Assembly (NCBI GenBank): GCA_041739995.1
Contig: JBGSMV010000024.1
Coordinates: 28,355 to 92,354, forward strand
Length of the DNA: 64,000 nt
From: Bdellovibrionota bacterium
Lineage (GTDB): Bacteria > Bdellovibrionota_C > UBA2361 > JBGSMV01
Direction of reading: 5' to 3'
Each line of letters opens with the position of its first letter. Position 1 is the first letter of the stretch. The translations under genes were made by a program, and so were the position numbers. This document shows, one piece after another, positions 57,988 to 64,000 of this stretch. Under the pieces are notes generated by a model. It did not search any database, was not told the DNA's origin, and saw only the letters and a list, made by a program, of their open reading frames with translations.

Positions 57988-59241
57988 ATGGGAACAAGTT
58001 CAGATTCGGGAAACAGAGGTCCTCGAAACACGCGCTCGGATACTGCAACCTCCGGCAATAGAGCCAACGCTGCTATCCCGTCTGGCAATCGGTTTTCAAG
58101 CGCGACTCAGTCCAACAAGATACTCTCGGACGACATCCCCTCAGGTAATCGAGCTTCCGGAAACGCCACTCCTGGAAACTCTGCTCCTACAAATTTCGCC
58201 AGCAATCAACATCTCGGCGATCAATCTGCCACTACGCAGTACTTCTATGAGGTAACACCTGAACGAATTCTTCGCGCAGTTGAGGCGCTCGGGGTCGCGT
58301 GTACTGGTCGAGTTCTGCAGCTCAACAGTATGGAAAACAGAGTATATGAAGTTGAGCTCGACATTGATCCAGATTCAGTAAGCTCCCCTAGCGAGCGATT
58401 CCTTGTGGTGAAGTTCTACCGACCCGGGCGCTGGAGTCGGGAGCAAATTCTCGAAGAACATCGGTTTCTATTCGACCTAAGACAAGAAGACATCCCCGTT
58501 GTTGCACCGCTACGTTTTTCAGATGGAGAGTCGCTCCACACTGAGAAAGACAGCGGTATTCTTTACTGCTTGTTTCCCAAAGCAGGTGGTCGCTCCCCTG
58601 ACGAGCTCAAGGATGATCAGCTCGATCAACTCGGTCGTCTTCTGGCTCGAGTGCACATGGTCGGCGGCCGCAGTGAGTCTCCATCCCGCTTACGTCTTAC
58701 CCCCGAAACCTATGGTTTAAGGAACGCTACGTTTCTTGCACAATCCGGGGCCCTTCCTGCTGAGATCTCTGCCGCCTATCAGTCGGTTGTTCAACAGTTA
58801 GTGGATCTGTGCACCCCGTGGTTTCAAGAGGCTCGCACTCAACGCGTGCACGGTGACTGTCATTTAGGGAATGTGATTTGGGGCCGCGAGGGACTTTGCT
58901 TTGTTGATTTTGATGACATGGTGGTTGCTCCTTGCGTTCAAGACGTGTGGCTAATGCTACCGGGGAGAGATGAGGAAGCAAGGCGACAGCTCGGAAGAAT
59001 ATTGCGTGCTTACGAAACCATGCGGGCGTTCGATCACAGTGAAATTCGCTTGATTGAACCTTTGAGAGGGTTGCGTCTTGTTCATTACAGCGCCTGGGTT
59101 GCGCGCCGATGGGAAGACCCAGCTTTCCCGAGGTCGTTCCCGCACTTTGGCTCGAATCAGTATTGGCGGGAGCAGCTCAGCGACATTTCAGAGATTGTGC
59201 AGATTTCTCGTGCCGATCCTTACTACTTCAGCGCCCCGTAA
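57988..59241 (+). CDS. srkA: SrkA/RdoA (YihE) stress-response kinase with low-complexity N-terminal extension
   Basis: LNSMENRVY, VKFYRPGRWS, HGDCHLGN, DFDD, RRWEDPAFP. Confidence 0.92.
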   Translation: MGTSSDSGNRGPRNTRSDTATSGNRANAAIPSGNRFSSATQSNKILSDDIPSGNRASGNATPGNSAPTNFASNQHLGDQSATTQYFYEVTPERILRAVEALGVACTGRVLQLNSMENRVYEVELDIDPDSVSSPSERFLVVKFYRPGRWSREQILEEHRFLFDLRQEDIPVVAPLRFSDGESLHTEKDSGILYCLFPKAGGRSPDELKDDQLDQLGRLLARVHMVGGRSESPSRLRLTPETYGLRNATFLAQSGALPAEISAAYQSVVQQLVDLCTPWFQEARTQRVHGDCHLGNVIWGREGLCFVDFDDMVVAPCVQDVWLMLPGRDEEARRQLGRILRAYETMRAFDHSEIRLIEPLRGLRLVHYSAWVARRWEDPAFPRSFPHFGSNQYWREQLSDISEIVQISRADPYYFSAP

Positions 59242-59593
59242 ACTAAGGACCGAAAATGCAACCTCTGAAGCATATCGAGGGAATTTTTCATGGGGCTAGG
59301 GCACAAACCCATTGAAATTAGCCAAAAAATAGTCCCGTAGTGGTTCGCGCGAAGGAGGCTACTCGTTTCGTAAGTAGTTGAATTTTATGTATCTACGGAA
59401 ACGCGTAAGCAGATTCCCCGGAACTAGAGCTAAAAATTATTAGAAGCAAAACCTAGCCTCTCTGCGAATGATACCTAGATGGTTTGAGTAGCATAACCAT
59501 GCATGAGAGTGTTGCGGCTCGGGTGGTCGGTTTCGCAATCGATTTCGAGTCTGTGTAGGGTGTAAGCGTTTCGAATTTAAGGGGATTATTCAA

Positions 59594-60289
59594 GTGAATA
59601 TCAAAGACTCAACTAAATTACTCGCAGTTGCCTTGTTTTGTGCCTCGATGACTTCGGTCGTGCCCCAAGACGCTTCGGCTCTGACTGAAAAACAGTGCAA
59701 ATCGCAGAACTCTATCTATAAGCGCGCCGTATCGACTGAGCGTAGAGCGATTTCTAAGTTTGACCGAGAAGTTCGCAAGCTTGATTCCGTTGTTCGCCGA
59801 TATGAGCGCGATATAGAGAAAAAAGAACGCGACGATTACAAGTGTGTCGACAAGATAAATGACACTGAGTATTCAAATCAACGAAGGCTCGACAATGAGG
59901 AGCGCAAGCGTGCGGCCTACCTCTCCAAGGCTGCCGGCCTCACTGCCCAAGCTTTACAGTGTGGCTTTGGCTTTTTCAGCAGTCGTTCTTGTAACGCAGA
60001 TCGTTACCAAGCCCAGGCCAATCGCTTGCTTCAGCAAGCAATTAAGGTTGAGGCGCGGATTCCTCAGATTCGTGACCAAAACGACAAGAAGCTGCAGAAC
60101 GTGAAAGAAAGCTGCATCCAAAAGGCCGCTCAAGGCTCTACTAAAGTTGCCCGAGCCCTTACCCGAGTGGAAGTTCAAACTCCCCTCGTGGACAGAGCTG
60201 CGGTAGCTCGCGATGCCGCCATCGCCCTACGTGTGGCAAAGGAAAATGACTATAATCAGTGTTTAGCGACTCCTCCGCCTGCACAATAA
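59594..60289 (+). CDS. secreted basic coiled-coil protein with six Cys in the mature part
   Basis: Signal peptide ending ASA; AAGGGG RBS; helical, charged sequence. Confidence 0.75.
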   Translation: MNIKDSTKLLAVALFCASMTSVVPQDASALTEKQCKSQNSIYKRAVSTERRAISKFDREVRKLDSVVRRYERDIEKKERDDYKCVDKINDTEYSNQRRLDNEERKRAAYLSKAAGLTAQALQCGFGFFSSRSCNADRYQAQANRLLQQAIKVEARIPQIRDQNDKKLQNVKESCIQKAAQGSTKVARALTRVEVQTPLVDRAAVARDAAIALRVAKENDYNQCLATPPPAQ

Positions 60290-60346
60290 GGAGAATGTGC
60301 ATTTACGAGCTCGACTTTGTCGGTGCTCGTAGAAAATAACTACTAG

Positions 60347-60388
60347 AAAATCCCGACCAGTCCTTAAATGGACTTGGTCGGGATTTTT
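60347..60388. terminator. intrinsic terminator, possibly bidirectional
   Basis: AAAATCCCGACCAGTCC-ttaaat-GGACTTGGTCGGGATTTTT. Confidence 0.85.
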
Positions 60389-60888
60389 GTTTGTGGAAAC
60401 CGTACGTCGGTCGGACGCCATTCGAGGTTCACCACAAGGAATCAGAGCTTATAAGCGGTGGGAACATTTTCCTATCCTCCGTAGCCGCATTCCTCTCCGC
60501 GGCCTCGGTGTTAAAATTCTTGTCGCATATCCCCCACTTCCCGACATAAGCAAGCAAGTTCACCGCTCAAGGAACTCCACTCGATCAAAAACTAAGAAAA
60601 TTTCGCACGTAATTTGCCTTAAGCCCCGTGCGTAAGCTCCTCATTCTGCAATTGTGATGAATTTTCAGTGCACTAGCTGAAAGGTTTTGCTCAAGAGCGC
60701 CGTGGCTCCTGCCGACTTTCTAACATTGAGTCGGGTAGCTTAGGTCGTGTTCTTGGACGGGGGTCTTCAGGAGCACATTGAGACTTCTGTGCGTTGCAAC
60801 GAGGTGCAGGCACTGCGGTCCTCAAGTCGGTCTGCATTCCTAAGCAGGTAATTTCGTTCGAAGCCTATTCCGCCTTTTTTGCGGGGAG

Positions 60889-63093
60889 ATGTTCATGAGC
60901 AAGTTGACCATTCACCTATGTATTCTGGCAGTAGCGTCTTTTTGCTTCAGCGCGATCGCAAGTGCTCAGACTAAGTCTACTGAGCCCGTTTCCAAGGTCT
61001 CCGACCTGGCTGCGGAGAGCGGGGATTGCCTCAACTCTAACAATCACACACACGTTCTCGATATCTATGGCAATGAACTCAAACCTTGCTCGACAGGAGG
61101 CGGGGGCGGTGGAGCAGCCAACGTCTCGAGCGCTACCGCAGCTCTGAATGGCGCGCTCATGGAGACTCTTGTAGCAGTGGGGGGGAATCAGCTCACCACT
61201 CTCGCGATTATCGCGTCAGATCAAATTTCTCCTGACAGAGTGAGCTTCAACTTGATTCCTGGATGGTCTGGTCCCGCGGGTACAAGCCCAATCAGCGATA
61301 TGCGCTTTGCTTTGAAGCTTTCTTCGCCGTTTGAACTTTTCAACCCTCTATCGAGTTTCGTTTCATACAGGGCTCCAGCAAACTCATCTATGGGCGAGAT
61401 TAATGCTCCCCAAAGCATCGTATGTAACCTTCCGCAACAGTTGGTATGGGTTTCTGCTCCAGGACAGGAGCATCTCGAAGCTGACCACGTTGGGAATTGC
61501 GCGCAGGTACCCGGTTGTCGAAACGCCTCTCCCGCGGGCGGTGGGTCAAGCATTGAATCCTACTACACCTACTACAACTACAACTTCGGTAATGCGCTCG
61601 CGGTTCTCTCGTGTAGTGATGTCATCGTGGCAGGCGGCGGATATAAAACCTACGGGAGCCCTACGTCATACTTTTCTAAGAATGCTTTCGCGTGGCGGTC
61701 ATCCAGAGCCGAGGGTGATCGAACCCGCTTCTTGAATAGAGACGTGGGGTGCCAAGTCGGTGGAAATCTGTGGACTGTTAACTCCAAACAATGCCCAGGT
61801 GGAAGTTCGGGCACCTGCGGTTCAGGCACTTGCTTGAATCACAGGGCCCGCTTCGCCGAGGCGACCGCTATCTCTGCCGATGCCTCCAATAGTTCCTTTA
61901 ACATCGTTGGAGAAATGACCTGGAAGAGCTCTGGGTTAACTGAAGATGCGAGTCGTGATGGGTACTTGCGCGCTGAGCGAGCTGGATTTTTATGGCGCGG
62001 AATATTCACTTACCCTAGTAACACTGGTAACGTAAGCGAGCTATCGACCAACACCGTAGCGACGGACCGTCTCTCGGACTCCTTTCACCTACTTAGCGCA
62101 CATGGTACTGGTACAAATCACTTCGCGATTGCTAACCAGGTTCTTAGAACCTCGCCAACTGGAGGAGATTCGATTGAAGTTCTTGGAGTGAATCGTGAAT
62201 ACTCATACATCCCCGCTCCAGATCCTCTCCCCACTCATATGTATGGCGCTCATTGGCAACTGACGTCCTATACACAAGGGCAGCCGCGCTTCTTATCCCC
62301 ATTAACAAGTTTAAGAGATGCGCAGGACCCCGAGTTCTCCACGACACTTGCTGCAGCAATTCCCCAGGGTAGCGAAACCATGACCGCCCGTGGGGTCAGC
62401 GGCTATTTGGGAACTCAAGGACAATGCCAGAACCAAGGCTGCGATCACGCTGCGAGTCGCTTCTCTCTGGTTCCCGGTCAACAGGCTTCAATATCACTTC
62501 TCAATGGTGAGTTTAACTGGGGTGCAATACCGAACTCGGAAAACTATCTCTGGAACAAAGCAACAGCAATTTCAAAGGACGGTCGTTTTACTGTCGGACA
62601 TGCCTACGACGCTCGCCAACCAGAAGTTGGCTTTACGAGTGGGACCACCGGCGACAGTATAAAGTACGGTTTTCATCCCGGCGTACCAACCATTTGGAGC
62701 GACGATCGACAGCCGCGCGCCATTGCTCTACCGGCCAACTACGCTGGCGGGATTGCACTTGGAGTTTCCTCTTACGGGACCTCTCAAGCAATCGTGGTCG
62801 GCACAATGGTTAGAAATGGCGTGGAACAGCTCCCTGAGGGCTTTGTGGCGGTGTGCACTCGTGGCGCAAGTACAGGGATATGCTGCAGCGATGCTACACC
62901 CACAACCTCTTACCTTGCATCAAAAAACGTTACCATCGGTGCAAATGTAAAGATGTTTAATACCACTGCGGTCGAAACGGTCGGCAATCGCGTATACTTT
63001 ACCGGAACCGGACGCGAAGTCTCCTCCACAGCAAAACCATATGTGGCAAAAGTCGAGTTCTCCTCGATGTGTTCAGTGAATACTTGTCAGTAA
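60889..63093 (+). CDS. large secreted Cys/Gly/Ser-rich protein with HAF-like extracellular repeats
   Basis: Signal peptide; ATAISADAS..IVG, ATAISKDGRFTVG, ALGVS..IVVG. Confidence 0.7.
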   Translation: MFMSKLTIHLCILAVASFCFSAIASAQTKSTEPVSKVSDLAAESGDCLNSNNHTHVLDIYGNELKPCSTGGGGGGAANVSSATAALNGALMETLVAVGGNQLTTLAIIASDQISPDRVSFNLIPGWSGPAGTSPISDMRFALKLSSPFELFNPLSSFVSYRAPANSSMGEINAPQSIVCNLPQQLVWVSAPGQEHLEADHVGNCAQVPGCRNASPAGGGSSIESYYTYYNYNFGNALAVLSCSDVIVAGGGYKTYGSPTSYFSKNAFAWRSSRAEGDRTRFLNRDVGCQVGGNLWTVNSKQCPGGSSGTCGSGTCLNHRARFAEATAISADASNSSFNIVGEMTWKSSGLTEDASRDGYLRAERAGFLWRGIFTYPSNTGNVSELSTNTVATDRLSDSFHLLSAHGTGTNHFAIANQVLRTSPTGGDSIEVLGVNREYSYIPAPDPLPTHMYGAHWQLTSYTQGQPRFLSPLTSLRDAQDPEFSTTLAAAIPQGSETMTARGVSGYLGTQGQCQNQGCDHAASRFSLVPGQQASISLLNGEFNWGAIPNSENYLWNKATAISKDGRFTVGHAYDARQPEVGFTSGTTGDSIKYGFHPGVPTIWSDDRQPRAIALPANYAGGIALGVSSYGTSQAIVVGTMVRNGVEQLPEGFVAVCTRGASTGICCSDATPTTSYLASKNVTIGANVKMFNTTAVETVGNRVYFTGTGREVSSTAKPYVAKVEFSSMCSVNTCQ

Positions 63094-63158
63094 ACATAGA
63101 ACCCGGAAGGGTAATGCGGGCCGAAAGCGAGCAATGAGGGAACCATTTAAAGCCGCAC

Positions 63159-63204
63159 CCTGGAGCCCTTCCGATTAGTCTTCACTAAAAGGAAGGGCTC
63201 CAGG
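63159..63204. terminator. strong hairpin between convergent genes
   Basis: Perfect 14-bp stem CCTGGAGCCCTTCC/GGAAGGGCTCCAGG; no flanking U-tract. Confidence 0.6.
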
Positions 63205-63230
63205 AGTAACGACATACCACCGAACGCCTA

Positions 63231-63875
63231 TCACGCACGCCTCCGACGAAAGAAGCCGATCCCGAGAGTGGTCAGGACCATCGTGGCGGGTTCAGGAACA
63301 GTCAGAATTCGATCAGACTGGTACGGGTAAGTCAACGCTCCTGCGGGCAGCGGATATGGCTGCGGATCTCCCAAGCCCCAGTACCACGCAGGTTCGGTAC
63401 CGACGTCTCCGAGACCACCCACCGCTGCGGGCGTCGCAATCATGTGTGGCCCCAACGGATGAAGAGGACCGGTTGGGCCCGCTTGCATGAAATGCAGAGC
63501 TCCGGGGCTCGTCTCGATATTGAACGGCCTCAGATCGAAAATAGCTCGGTAGAGATAGAACTGATTGGACGGCGGCCCGACCACGCTAATTGGCGTGTTC
63601 CAGTCGACATTGTCAGGAACGTCGAAGACCAGCCGCCGATCCAGTGCCCCCGGAGTTTCGAGCAGCGGATCGCTCATCATGCTGGCCTGGGTATTCCAGA
63701 AGCGCAGCGTGAAATCCACATTGCTCCAGTCGGCAATGCCTCCATTGAACTGATACAGGTGCACCTCGTACGAGTGCAACGAGTTGCCATCGCCGCGGAA
63801 CCCCGAGATGGGAAAGGCGATCTCGGCGGTGTTCCCAGTAGGGTCCTCGAAGTTCCACAAGCCGGAGAGCCTCAC
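63231..63875 (-). pseudogene. PEP-CTERM sorting domain protein, apparently 5'-truncated
   Basis: C-terminus VPEPATMVLTTLGIGFFRRRRA; no signal peptide; in-frame stop at 63885-63887 just upstream. Confidence 0.65.
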
Positions 63876-63933
63876 AATTAGGTGTTACCGAAGGAGCCTT
63901 GATCTGAAGCCTCGTAATTGGATGTTACCGAAG
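63868..63933. repeat. 26-bp imperfect direct repeat, period 40
   Basis: AGCCTCACAATTAGGTGTTACCGAAG (63868-63893) and AGCCTCGTAATTGGATGTTACCGAAG (63908-63933), 22/26 identical. Confidence 0.8.
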
Positions 63934-64000
63934 CATGCTTAAGCACCTGTCTTAACTGGGAGCGAAGTTGCTTCCGAAGTTTGATGGGTTTGAGAGTAGC

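Noticed and set aside
59295..59345. c-di-GMP-I riboswitch (GGCACAAACC..GAAA)
   Set aside because: The P2 stem and the downstream GGGACGCAAAGC-like segment are missing.
63108..63160. Twister-like ribozyme (GGGT-AAT-GCGG...CCGC-ACCC)
   Set aside because: Outer pairing exists, but the conserved internal twister motifs and pseudoknots could not be found.
63868..63980. CRISPR array at the right edge
   Set aside because: Only two imperfect 26-bp copies with a 14-bp gap, a very weak third, and no cas genes.

Overview
Gene-dense bacterial chromosome segment of moderate GC. The many basic or Cys-rich secreted proteins, orphan motAB and Tad-type prepilins suggest a Bdellovibrionota/deltaproteobacteria-like lineage (inference only). 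Housekeeping genes: DEAD-box helicase, CtaA-type heme A synthase, motAB, riboflavin synthase, an MlaE/MlaF/MlaD/PqiC-type transporter, purC, def-fmt-rpe, clpX, an MscS channel, speA, speB, a deoxyhypusine-synthase-like gene and srkA. They are interspersed with secreted proteins (two M12 zincins, a GDSL hydrolase, an Ig-like protein, a trypsin-like protein, a collagen-like protein) and a four-gene Tad/Flp pilin-like cluster. No rRNA, tRNA or CRISPR array was found. Best candidate for an undescribed system: a GxxExxY (PD-(D/E)XK-like) gene bracketed by 33-bp inverted repeats made of three 9-bp units, which supply its RBS and stop codon; gene-less repeats of the same 3x9 design occur at 22.6 kb. 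Other notable items: a ~180-bp MITE family with nested stems and an 'empty' form, an intact transposase homolog that appears to lack its DDE residues facing a DUF6502 gene, and a GC-rich, 5'-truncated PEP-CTERM gene cut off at a 26-bp direct repeat. All family assignments come from motif recognition by eye; no searches were run.
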